The notes under the pieces are model-generated. The model was not told where the DNA came from, did no database searches, and worked only from the letters and a program-made list of their open reading frames with translations. Below, piece by piece: positions 37,313-50,829 of a stretch of 64,000 bases of DNA (position 1 is its first letter; each line of letters opens with the position of its first letter). The position numbers and the translations under genes are program-made. The DNA lies in the NCBI GenBank assembly GCA_011109175.1, contig RDEW01000003.1, positions 1,751,546 to 1,815,545 of the forward strand, given 5' to 3'. The stretch is from Dicyema japonicum (lineage: Eukaryota > Animalia > Dicyemida).

Positions 37313-39249
37313 CTATTAAGGATTATTAAAATATAGTTCACATAATTCTAATTATTAAAAATGCCTTAATAATAATCAAAGTCGAAAATAAAAGATAGTG
37401 GTACTCAGATAAGATCATAAATACACAAAAAGGTCATATACCGTGACATAGATGGGATCGACGATTTTTTGCAAAATTTTGAGTTCATAGCCGCAATCCA
37501 TTTGAAATAACAAGCCTATTAATTAATGTTAGTCGGAAATTAGTCATTTAAATTAATAAGGTTATTACAACTAACAACTTAAAGAAAGGTCAATTGTTTC
37601 TATTTAAAAAATATATTATATTTTTTAAATTAAATATTTTTATATTTAATTTATATTATAATATTTTAATTACTATTTATTTTTAATTGTTTTGCTATAA
37701 AACAATTTTTAATTTAAACACTTAATAATCGAAATATAATTTTAGCTCTACTACCACCTTAAGGACGAATTCTCAATGAAACTCTCTATTATAATTTAAT
37801 TAGTAGTATATAGTTCAACATTTCTCAACGAGATCCCTAACAATTTTAAAATAAATAAAATAAAAATATAAATTCGAATTTGAATTATTTCGTGTTTTTC
37901 ATTTTTCTAAAATGACGTGTGTTGAGATGTTTCCATTTGACAAGGCATTATTTTAATTTTAAATTAACCACGAAATTAGATATTTTTTGTGGACTTTTAA
38001 AAACTTTTTTTCTGTTAAATTTATTGTCTTGATATATCAGTTCTATTAGAAATCATGTAATGATTTTAAAATTCCTAGATTTCATTAGGGAATTTAAAAA
38101 AGTAGATTATTCAAGGAGAGTCACGGATTTAAAAGACCTAAAATGTTAAACAAATGTGATTTCGAGACGATTAAAGAGTTCATACTGCTTCGGTCTTGTT
38201 TATTCCTTAGAAGACTTTATAAGAATTAGTGAAAGATGTTTAATAGAAGCAACATTGTGAGCGTTGACATGAATGTCAAATGAACTTAACGTCACCATAA
38301 AAAATATATTACTTTATTAATAATTTCAAATAATCAATTCGAAGGGTCTTACGGTAACCTGACTGTGTGGTTATTCCCTCTCAGATTCTCTCAAATTATT
38401 AGCATCGCCAGTTCTTGTAGAAATCCGATTCCCTAGCCGACCCAGGAATTCAAGCGTCGAAGGCGTAGGAAGTAATTATCCCAGTCTTCAGAATTATGCG
38501 TACTAATGCCCGATCCTCATGGAAAAGCCATGAGGAGTTAGTCTTACTGCTGGAGGTCATCATCGTAAATGAGATCAAAGTCATAAATGGAGAGCTCAAT
38601 TTTGATCGTTACCACTTTTGTGAGATGGAAGGAAACAGCGACTGCCAGAACAGGGAGGTGTTATTTCACAGATGTAACCCAAAGACATTATAATTACAAA
38701 TCATTAAGTCACAAGTCTAAATGTATCTGGTAATTGATATCATGGAGAATGGTTGGAGATTTTTATTCAAATCTCATGATACCTGTTTCCATGACCTCTT
38801 CATATTCTGTTCTAACCGAAATTCTACTTCGGACGTTTACAAAACAACCAACCAAGATCAACTAAAGACTTTTTGACAGAATGGGGTTTAAACTGCAATC
38901 ATCTAAATAGCCAACCAACATTCACCAAGTAATGGAGACAAACTATGAGTTTTTTCGGTTTCCCCACGTGTTCCAACACTGTGGACCATTCCACCGGATA
39001 TCAGTTGTGACCCATACCATAAAGGATGAAATGAAATTATTCAAAGACCAAGGGTGAATCCAAACTGACTAATTCTGTAATTCTCACACGTTCTAGTAGA
39101 GTTTTCATCTAGGCACAGTGATCCAGGAAGCTAAGGTCAAAGTCAGAATTAGTCGCCAGGGAGTGAAGTAGTCTCCTGATGGAATGAAGAGATGGATCCT
39201 TTTGAATACCAGCTAGGCATTGGGGGTTGATACTAGACGAGTAAGTGGG

Positions 39250-40920
39250 TTATTATTTATTTAACACCCAAGACCACGATAAAACCAAACTAATTATCAC
39301 GTGATCCCGATGCGTTCCACCAAAATCTCCATTCTTTCCCGGTGCTCCTCCCTCGTCCCCACACAAGCTCGTACTGGGCGGCTGACTGTATTTGCCACCT
39401 TCCCGCATGCCGGAGTTTAGTTTGATAAGGGCCTCCAGAGTAGTCGGTCCGGTTCTGTGTCTCCCACATGTTTACCGCTCCGTGATCCTGAAAGCCTTCT
39501 TTTGTACGTCCTCGATTTTCTTAGTATTCGTCCATGATAATGAAGGTCCCCACGAAGCACACGCGTACGAGAAGCATGGTTCAATGTATTGTCTGTAGAT
39601 ATTCATCAAGACCGGGTGGGTACCAATCTTCCACATTCCAGATATTTCAATACATTGATTTTTTTCTCGCACTTCTGAACAATGTTTGCCACGTGTGGTG
39701 ACAAACATAAGTGCGTATCCAGTGTCACGCCCAGGATTTTCTGACATTTGCTTAACGGGATTTCAACGTTGTCCAATTTTAACCTGACAGTCATCTTCCC
39801 CAACTATCTGTCCAAAGTAAACATAGACGTGACCGACTTTCTGGAATTTATCGTGAGTCGGTTCTTCATAACCCAGGCGTTGAGTCGGTCCAGGTTAATT
39901 TGTAATCTTTCTGTAGCATTTTGGATATCCCGATCACGCGAGGCCAAAACAATGTCGTCCGCATATGAGAGTAGAACATCGTTGTTGGATTCCGGTGTCG
40001 GGAGGTCGACCAGGTATAAATTGAATAAGCGAAGATAAAGGAGATCCTTGGGGGACAGCGCTTGGGAGAAACGCGAGACTGATTTCAGTCTCCGAGGACA
40101 TACACGTCCCTCCGTCCACTTAAGAAATTTGTTATCCAAAGTTTAAGCTTCCCCGGGATCTCCGACTGGAAAATTTTCTTTAATAATATTTTTCTCGAAA
40201 TAGAATCAAGAGCCTTGTTAATATCAATGAACATAAGACTGTCTTCAAATGCCTTAGTTTGTTTGAAAATCCATCTCTAATGAAGTCGGTTAATTTCTGT
40301 AGGTACGTTGATGTAGAACAATCGCTCTTGAATCCGTGTTGAAAATCCTTTTTCTAGTAAGAAAGCCTTGATTCTCCCAAGCACAAGTCTCTCCAGGATT
40401 TTCGATACGGAACATAACAATGACACAGGTCTAAATGATGCCGGATCTCCCTTAGGTTTTCCAAGTTTCAGTATAGGTCGGATATTGGCTTGCTTCCATG
40501 ACAACGGTATTACATTACAATTAATTGAATAGTTAAAATCGACGTTAGAATACCGACTCCCATATCTCCAAGGTTCTTCAATAACACTACTGGAATGTTG
40601 TCAGGACCGGCAGAGTACGTTGTTTTTGTAAAACGCAGCGCATTCTTCACGTCTTCGTCCGAGAAGTAAACTGGGTTAGAATCCTTTTCAGTTTTTTTGC
40701 GTGAAGTGAGAAGCACTTCCGATTCCCTGTGTTCTTTGTACGAACTTTTTGTGTAGAATTTTATCAAATTGTTAACGTCTCGTTGAGTATAGTCATCCTC
40801 GGGGGAAGTTTCTTCGCCCTTTGCAACATTTCGGATGGCTTTCCACACTTCTCCGGTACTACGGTTGCGATTTACCTTTGTAAAAATCCGCTTCTTGTTT
40901 CTTGTTTCGTAGAGGACTGA
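39250..40920 (-). mobile_element. Ingi/Vingi-like LINE 3' half
   Basis: Encodes WKQANIRPILK..SFRPVSLL, YADD, LGVTLD; ends EEEHREKMEILVERIGIT*. Confidence 0.85.
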
Positions 40921-40990
40921 CCAATCAATTTTTGATGAAAGCGACGATGAGCAAAGTGTTACATCCGGTGAGGTAGGCTGATCAAGTCAA

Positions 40991-41243
40991 TTGCAAGTCA
41001 ATAAGCATTATTTCAAAAAGTAGACACAATTAGTTTTTAGGTCAATGAAGCCAGAACTTTAATTTTTTGAAACCGATTTTTGGAAGTATAAATATTTTTA
41101 ATCTCACCTATTTAGTATTCCCCAATCAGCTTGTCAGCTATTCATAGGATAATGCAAATTCTAAGCCTTTGTTTTCTGACGCAGGATTTTTAGCTCTAGA
41201 AACTAGCATAGCCTTAGAATTTTAGACATATTTGTCATTATTA
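40991..41243 (+). repeat. ~250-bp dispersed repeat, copy 1
   Basis: TTGCAAGTCAATAAGCATTATTTCAAAAAGTAG..AGACATATTTGTCATTATTA recurs at 42744-42988. Confidence 0.85.
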
Positions 41244-41349
41244 AAGTGGAGTTATGTGGTTAACCAATTATGTAAGTGTTGGTAATGCCTAGAGGGCATC
41301 TAGTGTTCCTTCAAAGAAAACCATTAAACATTTACCTTCTAAGAAACTG

Positions 41350-42720
41350 TCTCCCCAGCGTCACGCGCTTTCAGCCTCATCTACCCGAAATGAAATCCTA
41401 GCTTACCGCAAGAAATGGACCACGGTTCTACAACTGAACTTCGATAGAGTAAAGGGCAAAATATTGGAACTGCGCTCTCTCTTGAAGATCTTCGTGGCTT
41501 TGATTCAAGACTCGAGACTCCTTATAAACAGTCCTACCTTGATTTTCTTTGGATACAATACGTACTGACCGGAAGTAGAAGCGGGGTGATGGTCTACTCA
41601 GTTTATATCGGAAAGACCTTAAATGTGTAGACATGACTTCAGTGGCGAATGATATCTTAGGAGACGACGACGTTACTGAAGTCAATGCAATCTCACTTGG
41701 AACGACAAATGGAAAAATTACATTTGTGAACATCCACCTGGTTCTTGCCCGAATCAGTACGCTATGCCGAATTTATCCATTAGGCTTCCTTGAACGACGT
41801 GATTATTGGTGGGGATATCAACACGAAACTCTTTTTATGGCTGGCAAGTCAACCCTCTAATGCAAAAGGAAAAGTACTACTATCGCAGACAGGACCTTTC
41901 ACGGTCATGAATGACCCGTCAAAACATACGAGAACCCCCTTCAGGGAGTTATACCAACTAACTTTTCTAGACATCACGCTTTGTTCTCCCGACCTATCGA
42001 CCTTTCAGTCACTTACGACTCAAAAAGTGACCATAATGCCATCCTTTTGAAGATCAAGAGAGAAAAGTTAACTAGAAGGAGGTCCGCAGAACAATTTAAC
42101 TAAAAGCGCGCAGACTGGAGACTTTACCGTACACTTACTGACAATCTGACAATCAGTGAGGATATTAAAATTTTCTAAAATTTTACAAATAAATATCCCT
42201 GGAAAGCTTAAAACCTTACTTAGCGGTTGGAGGAGACGTGTCTGCATTAGACAGTCGAAAGCTATTTCCCGACTGACTTTTAACATCCACATGTAATTCT
42301 CGCCACAAGTAAATAACGTTATAACAAAATGCGAAAAGAAGACTTATGTCTTGAAATGTCTCATTGGCCTATGGAAATACGGAATTCATCCTATTTTGAC
42401 TACTATATACAAACAATACATTGAACCATGTATCTCTTACGCATGTGATATCTGAAGCCCACTCATATCTTGGATAAATGCCTTGAAAATCGAGGCTAGC
42501 AGAAAAAGAGCTTCCAAAATCACGGAAAGCTAGATTTCTGAAGAGTTCTAGCCATCAATGCCTATTGAAGCCATGATACGAATGAACCATGGAACGCGTC
42601 GTCGTGACTGCGAAGATCAAGTCATTCGACCTATACGTGTTTGTGTGGAATCGAGAGAGGATCATCGGGCCAAGTTGAGGTCTTGCTAGAGCGTGCAGAT
42701 GATTATTTAGTTTGTGTAAC
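41350..42720 (+). mobile_element. Degenerate internally deleted Vingi-like LINE
   Basis: APE remnants (GGDIN, NDPSKHTRTP) and C-terminal remnants (PIRVCVESREDHRAKL). Confidence 0.7.
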
Positions 42721-42743
42721 CATGGAATGTGGTGTTATTATTA

Positions 42744-42988
42744 TTGCAAGTCAATAAGCATTATTTCAAAAAGTAGGAAATATTAGTTTTTAGGTCAATG
42801 AAGCCAGAATTTTTTATTTTTTGAAACCGATCTTTGGAAGTATGAATATTTTAAATCTCGCCTATTTAATATTCCCCAGTCAACTTGTCGACTATTTATA
42901 GGATTCTAGAGCCTTTATTTTCGAAACAAGGATTTTTAGTTCTAAAAATTAGCATAGTCTAAGAATTTAGACATATTTGTCATTATTA
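42744..42988 (+). repeat. ~250-bp dispersed repeat, copy 2
   Basis: Diverged direct copy of 40991-41243. Confidence 0.85.
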
Positions 42989-43787
42989 GCGACATACATC
43001 TGACATATGATCCCCCAAGTTCATTCAATTTTTGACTCAACAATATCTTGGGCACTTACTACATCAGACACTTCTTTCGTTCAGAACTTCAGGTTGCGGT
43101 GTCTGTGAGCCTGTCACCTCAGCCATATTCACAAAAAGGAAATTAATTTTGAACCAGACTGGATTTGAACTCAACGATGCTTCTGTGATTAAATATAGAA
43201 TTTATCATGATAAGGTAATGTTCCGAATATTAGAGGTACACCATCTCAGCCTTCATATTAATTAACCAATTGGATAACTTGTGTGGATAACGCATGTCTC
43301 ACATTTTCTGACATAACTGTTGTCTAAATATCAGAAGTTATTTTAATAAGGTTGAATTCCACCGACACTGGCTATCTCTCAACTACAAGAGATTTAAGGC
43401 GCAGGACTTTTAATGCTATCTTAACGTATGTCCTGGTATATTTCAAAGCTTTCTGCACTTTCTAGGACTGACCATAGTACGTTTAATCTGGAGCTCTTTA
43501 AATTGATTTGAGTCCTTAAAATATTAGCAATCACGAGAGGCAAGTTTTTGTCTTGTATCACGAGTCTGGGACACCTGGACACACTATGATGCCATGACAT
43601 CTGTGAAACCCCTTGGTTCCTCCAGTTGATATCGATTGCTACCGTAAGAGAGAATATAAATAATTAAATATAATGAAGATAGTAATTTGTTTTTATTGAG
43701 TTATATATTATTTTTATTAATTAATATAATTTTATTTATAATATGGTTAACTAATATTAATATTCTAATAAAATTGAATTAATTAAG

Positions 43788-46700
43788 ATGTCTAAATCAA
43801 ATCCTGCTGAATCAGCCCGCCAAGAAGAGCCTAAACTCCTTGATTCTGGATGGGAAGTTCAACAAACTAAAGTATTCAAACATAATAACGAATATTTCTA
43901 GACGTTTATGGCTTGGTGTAATACTTACCTTAAAAAACGTAGATTGGAAGTCAACGAATTGACTCAGGATTTCACAAGCGGGTACATGCTTCAGCAATTA
44001 CTCGAAATCATATCCAATGAAAGTCTTCCAAAGTTGGACACTGGGAATCATCGTCTCATTAAAATACTAAACATCAATAAAAGCTTGGAATTTCTGAAAT
44101 CAAAGGAAATCCAGTTGGTTATGATTTCTGGTGAAGGTGCCATTGTGCTATTTACTTTATAAGACATCGCTGATGGAACCAAAAAAATGACGCTAGGGTT
44201 GTTATGGACTATCATTCTTCGTTTTTCCATACAAACAATATCAGTTGGAGGTAGTTTAACCATTTTATATTTCACAGAGAGAAGCGCGAAAGAAGGATTG
44301 CTTTTATGGTGTCAACGTAAAACGAAGGACTACCAAGGAGTTTCAGTCAACAATTTTGTTCACAGGTAATATTCATCAATATTTTATAAAATGGATAATT
44401 TTTCGCAGCTCAGTTTCATAATTAATTCATAATTTATGGAAATTTAGTTTTAATGATGGGAAGGCCTTGTGTGCATTAATTCACAAACACCGCCCGGAGT
44501 TGCTTGACTACGACCAATTGGATAAGGTAACTCAGTCGGAATAAAACTAGAATAATCACTGGGAAAATATAATCAAGGCATTTAACACAGCTGAAGAAAA
44601 ACTTGATATTCCACCAATGTTGCAACCGGAATACCTACTGGAAGCACACAACACAGGAGTTGTTGTCGATGAAAAATCGATGATGACATACATATCTTGT
44701 TTCTTTCACAAATTTGCGGGGGAAGAAAAAGTTCAGGCATGTTTTCAATTTAAGTATGAAATTGCGTCTGAGAGAATAAAGCAAAAGTTAAACGACTTTA
44801 GAAACCTCGAAGAGCTAAAGAACACATTTGAATGTCTCAGTTCCCAGGTTACTGACACTTAGTAAGCTCTAGCTGTTATCTTGGATTCACGAGAAAAGCG
44901 ATTGGTTAAGGGACCAAAAACATGAGTCCGATGACCACGAGGCTTGCTTACAATGCCTTCATCAAAAGAATATAGAATTTCGGTCATATATTGTGGATGA
45001 CAAAACACTGAAATTAAAAGAAAAGGTGATCTCGAATCAATACTGAAGTGATATTCAATCTATGATACGGATTGGAAATTTCCCGCCATATATTCTACAC
45101 GCTGATTTAGACATTGATGTTTGCTTATTAATAAATTTACAGAAAATTAACACTGATTGGGGTATTCTCAGTGAATGTGAGAAGGAATTTAAGGCCTGGA
45201 CATATAGAGAAATTGAAAGGTCGATATTGCCATTATTTAAGGTTATTTAAAATAATAGCTCTTGATAAACAATATCACAATAAAATAAAGTATTTTGAGA
45301 AAATCTTTCAAAGTGGCGCCAATCTATTGGATGCCAAGGACACGAAGCTAGCTGATACACTCTACAAAGCCGAAGTCTGTCGTTTAAATATTACAGGGAT
45401 TCAAAAAATCATTAGAATCGTCCAAAAACGAGCTGGAGACGCTAGAAATGTCAACATTGCTGGAGAATATGATTTTCCAATTAAAGTATTGAGATTGTCT
45501 TTTTCTCATAGAGAACTGGAGTACAATCAGATCGAGCACTTGGAGCTACAAAAAACGGTTACTTTATGTCGCTCACAAATATAGAAACTTGAAAACATCC
45601 ACAATGATCTAAGAGAGACGACTAATCGGAAAATTGGTGAACTAACGGTTTTTATTAAAGTTAAATGTAGCACATAATCGATTATCTGAATGAAAGTGAC
45701 AAGTTATTTGGGAGTCATGCATACGTGGCCTTAGTATCATTATAATCTCATTCAAAGAAAGTCAAAAGTAAGATCGACAAATGTGAGGACATTGTGGACA
45801 GGGATGTGAACATCAGAACTTCCAAGGACGTTAAAGTACCTTTCAAGTGAATCAACAGGAATTTGAAAATTATGCCGTTCAAGCAAACGAGAATTATAAA
45901 GACCTTTCCGAGGAAATGAAGCAATTGGACGAAATTACCGTGAAATTGAAGAAAATTGAGAATGACGAGGAATGCAAACTGCCTCCTAACCCCTATAATT
46001 CGATTAAATACGATGTAATGTTTGAGATAATTCAAAGGATCTGTCATTAATGTTTACAGAATTGGAAAAAAAGGTGACTGCTTTTTCTCAAAATGTCGAA
46101 ATGGAAAAGGAAAAATTTGTTAAAATCGATAAGTTATGCATGGAATTTTCCTCATTGGGCGAAGACTTTAGCGGGGAGATTGACAAATTCCTGAATAAAA
46201 TTTCTGCCATAATGCTCGCGAATGAATCATTTGAGTCCAAAAAGTCTCTCCTTGAAAAGATAAGACAGGATTTAGTCGAGAAACAGAAAAACTACGACAA
46301 GGTGATTTCTGTTTGTAGGCAACTCGATGACTTTGGTGCTATTTTGAATCCATACACCAATATAACAGCCGAAGTTGCCCATCTGTTTTACCACATAGAT
46401 AATTATCTCAAAATGGGAGCTGTTATATTCAACGATTAGCTATAAAATCGATGAACTGAATTCTCAAATATCAATTAGAGACTCCAAAGGCATCACGAAT
46501 AAAGACATTGAGGAATATCGCCGAACATTTAAACGATTTTCCCACTCATTTGGGGATAAACTTATCTATGATGAGTTCAGAGGGCTACTGCTGAGTGAAG
46601 GAATTGACGTGTCCGAGGATAAAAAGGTTATTAGAGTTATATAGAATTAGGGCAATGTTGAATTTGATCGGATAATCAAACTGGTTGACCAGAAAAATAC

Positions 46701-46956
46701 AGGATATGTTATTTTCCCGGATTTTCTTCAGTTCATGATAAACAAGGCTATTGGAAAAAATTCAGCTGATGAACTCATCAATAATTTGAAGGTTCTTGCA
46801 AATGACCGGGAAGGGTATATAACTGAAAAGGAATTGAGAAAAGAAATGGGACCAGAAGAGGTCAGGTTTTGCCTAGAAAATATGGAAAAGTACAACGGTC
46901 CCGATGCTCCTCCTGATGCCTATGACTACATGTCCTTAGTCAACAAACTGTACTAA
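43788..46956 (+). CDS. ACTN: Alpha-actinin (tandem CH domains, spectrin repeats, EF hands); multi-exon
   Basis: Motifs [74 protein letters not shown]; C-terminal [11 protein letters not shown]; many 22-30 nt introns. Confidence 0.93.
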
Positions 46957-47084
46957 GAAACTTCGTCCTAATTTATTAACATAATAATTATCGGATGCTA
47001 TAATTTTGGGAATAATTATTTTGGTGGAATATTTTGGTTTTTATTAAAATAAGTTATTTCCTATGGTCTGTCTCTTTCTTCACT

Positions 47085-48450
47085 TACCATTGCGTGGCTC
47101 ACCGGATGCAACAATTCTGGAGGCGATCAAAATGCTCCTAAAGCATTTCCAAAGAGAGACATTAGCTCTCTTCCACCGGGGGTATATGTCGCCCTCGGTT
47201 GACGGATTACTGGTCTGGCTACTGCTTCTCGGATTCGCAACCTACACAAGTCAAAGGACCGGATCTCCGTTATATAACTGAATGTAAACGGAGTAAAAGG
47301 AAAAATTATTGAATTTAAAACTATGATTGTTACACTTAAAGCTGACATCGTGCTCATCCAAGAATCGAAGCTATCAGCAAAAGATACTACGCCCCTCTTT
47401 CCGGGATGAACATAATACGTGCCGATCGCACTAAGAAACGTGGAGGAGGACTACTTACATTAATCAGAAAAGGCATAAAGTATGAGGACCATACACTCGA
47501 AGTTAAGAAACTTTTGGGGAGTAATGAAATCACGGAGACAATCGGAATATCTGTTGGCACAACAAAAGGAAGACTATATTTTGTAAACATGTATATTCCG
47601 CCTCCGGGCTCATGTCCGAAACATTACACTATGCCAGATTTATCAGCACTGGAGATTTGGAACGTGATATGCGGCGATTTGAATGCTAAACACCCTCTCT
47701 GGCTCTTAAATAAGTCTGCAGATACAATAGAAATTTGCTGTTGACGCAGTCTGGAAATCTGACAATCATCAATGATCCATTAAAAAAGACAAGAACAGCT
47801 CAAAGGAACTCTTACAATCCAGAACACCTACATATAAAAGATCATTATGCTCTCCCAAAATCAAATTGTTTAGATATGAAATTCCTATGAATAAGTCACC
47901 AACAATACTAGGATTAAAGTTGGATACTCTCCTGACATTCTGCCAACACGTCAATGACGTTATTGCCAAGGTCAGGAGAAGGTCCAACATATTGAAAATT
48001 TTGTCCCGATCACCAATCGGGAGCAACACCTTTTTACTACAGAAAAATTACAGACAATACATACTGCCAGTAATCGAATACACATGTTCTTCCTGGAGCT
48101 CGATGATTTCTGAATCGTCGTCTCAAAAAATAGAAGCCGCACAACTTGCTGCCTTGAAAATAACAAATAAGAAAACTGTGGATAACGTATTGAATCTTAA
48201 AGAACACCTAAGGTTGCGAGTGAACTCAATTCTACAGTGGGCAATGAAAACCGGCTGTCCGCTTTCACTCTCTATATCTGACTATGTAGAAAATGCGGGG
48301 AATCTATGGAGAATGAGACCGTCCCCGTTTCTACCAATTCTGTTGGATTTTCGAGGACCCCGAACGAGAGCCAGAACCGGAAAACCGGGATCATTTAGTT
48401 AGTAGTTAACTTTTTCTAATCCGGTGATCTTGGGGCAAAAAAAAATTCAG
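47085..48450 (+). mobile_element. Ingi/Vingi-like family C, internally deleted copy 2
   Basis: 5' part nearly identical to 7457-8170; then LGLKLDTLLTF..; ends RKTGII* with tail CCGGTGATCTTGGGG and an A-run. Confidence 0.82.
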
Positions 48451-49639
48451 TTGTTATAAGATAGTCCTGAGGACATCTGAATTTCTCACTGGGTGGTTTT
48501 GCCCTCTATTTCTAAGGATCCCCCGCCACAAATGTATCCAATCTACATAGTACTGAAAAGTGTCTTATACTGAAGAAAGATGTCCGGGAGAGTTATTCTG
48601 CTTTGAATCTCAAAATCTGCGAAACTAAATCTGTTTGTCGAGTTCGATCACCAAGGTCATCGAAGACTTCGGAAGTCTGGGTGCAGTTCAGGATATAAAA
48701 ATGTCAACCTTGAATAACCATAACTCAATTTCGATCAACTGTTCTCCTCGAATCAGACAAACCATTATATTATGACTATTTTGATGCTGACAGGAGTTAA
48801 AAATACGTTCGTCCTTATTGAACTAGCATCATAATAAATATAACTCTCTAGATATGACAGTATATCATTTTAGTAGTGATTATTGAGAAGAGAAATTTAG
48901 TTGTCAGAAAAAGAATTTTAAAACTCTCGAAAAGATACGATGCTAAAACAATGAATTGCCTTAAACGAGAGACGTTATTAACAGGATCCGAGCAGTGAAC
49001 ACGAAGATCTCCGAAAGTGCTGAACGTTTACAAAGAAGGAAACTGGGTCGCATATCCACTGCCATGAACAAAAATGGATCACTTTCAAAGATGTGCAGGA
49101 AGTAGCGCAACATTAAAGACACTGTCTGTTGCGACCACAGTTTAACATATAAACATTGTCATTACAAATATAGTGTCATTAACAGTACGAGAATATATTT
49201 TTTTGTTTTTTACATAAGCAGCCATCAGATTACTAAAGATTAATCATCAGCAGTATGTAGCTAATAATAAATAACATTATAATGTTGGTCGCCTGTACTA
49301 CACAATAAAACTTCCTTATTGAGTCCTTAACACAACCATTAATGGCTTTATTACACGCTATTCTCATCTTTTGGCTACTACTATACAAACCAACAAAACG
49401 TGACGTAAATTTAAAATCAATTCAAAACATTAAAAAAAAATTTTTTTTTATCAAAAATAACATTAACAATTAAACAAATGTCAGTTGAGGAAGCCTGCTG
49501 CGTGGATTGCGAACGAGTTCCCTCGGAGTATGGCTATTCCAATCTTTTGTCTTAGCCATAACCCTTCTCGTTGAAACATTTAAAATAAATAAAAATATAT
49601 ATTTTTGACTAATTTAAAATTTAATTCAAAATTAATATA

Positions 49640-50030
49640 TCCTCATTATGTCATCTAATCTTCTTTACAAGAGGACGAAGACCTCAAAAATTTCTAATGA
49701 GATTCTGGATACACGATGGAGGCTTTTCGGCCATATTCTGCAACTGGACCTAGATGCCCCCGCGAACGTAGCCATGGAGGATTACTTCATATTGGAGGCC
49801 CCCGTTTCCGTGGTCGCACAAGGACGACACTGGCAGTCGTTCTCGACGAGGAACTCAAAGAAATGGGACGGCATCTTGGAAGTGGAGAGGATCTTGACTG
49901 GTTACGCACTGCGGCTTTGAATAGGAGGAAATGGATGAAACTAACCAGTGATTTGCTAACTCGTGTTGCACATGTTTTGTCAAGTCCTATGACATAGCGA
50001 TAAGTGCTAATAATAATATATCCTCAATCA
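49640..50030 (+). mobile_element. RTE-like LINE 3' fragment
   Basis: Encodes RWRLFGHILQL..APANVAM..RGRTRTTL..LRTAALNRRKW; (TAA)n tail. Confidence 0.75.
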
Positions 50031-50829
50031 AACTAATAAAAAAGTAATTGCATTAAACGTGGGACGCATCTAACAAGAGACGCTATTAACAGGATTAGAG
50101 CACTGAACACAGAGATCTCAGAAATTGATAAATGTTTACAAAGAAGGAAACTGGACAGCATATCCACACCCACTTTCCAAGATGTGGAAGATGTTACGGA
50201 ATTTAAAATCGCTGACAGTAAGAATTAGGGAGACCTTGATTACCAGATGGATCTAAACAAATTCATGAAGCATTGTGTGATTACAAGAATCGACATTCCT
50301 CTAATTCGAAACCGAATCCGTCATTTTATTTTCTACTGGGATATGTCACATCAGAGATTTCCCGGTCAAAAAACACGCATTTATGTCGGCGGAATGGGAT
50401 TTTAGCGATCCTGTCAAAAATCTTTCCACACTTACGACATTTTTAACCTACGCAATCAATTTAAACTCGCTATATGGAAACTATCTATTATTCACACGAT
50501 CCTGAAGCCTGGAAAACCAAGGGGGCTCCTATAGAGTAGTGTCGATTTTGTGTCTCCAGACAAGAATTTTAGAAAGACTGATTATGATGTTCATCCGCCT
50601 TTCAAGGTTTCAATATGGCTTAAAATATAGAAGATCGATTGTTCCACATCTAAATATGTCGCGAGCGCGTAGCGCACATATCGTATTTTTTAAAAAATTT
50701 ATATATTTCTAATCTCTCGATGATACGAATAGATAGATAATTGTATTAACATAACAAACTCGTTACTAATTACAAACTAATTAAAAAGGGAGAAACCAAA
50801 GAGTTTGTCCTGGTTGATGGGGTCTGGTA

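Noticed and set aside
41350-41440. Additional pseudoknot head and 2A
   Set aside because: Only GCGTCACG and an NGP remnant survive; the stems cannot be built convincingly.
40991-42988. LTR pair around an internal region
   Set aside because: There are no TG..CA ends, PBS or PPT, and the interior is a non-LTR remnant.
45830-45847. 18-nt intron in alpha-actinin
   Set aside because: A 23-nt phase-0 intron (GTACCTTTCAAGTGAATCAACAG) restores the frame better.
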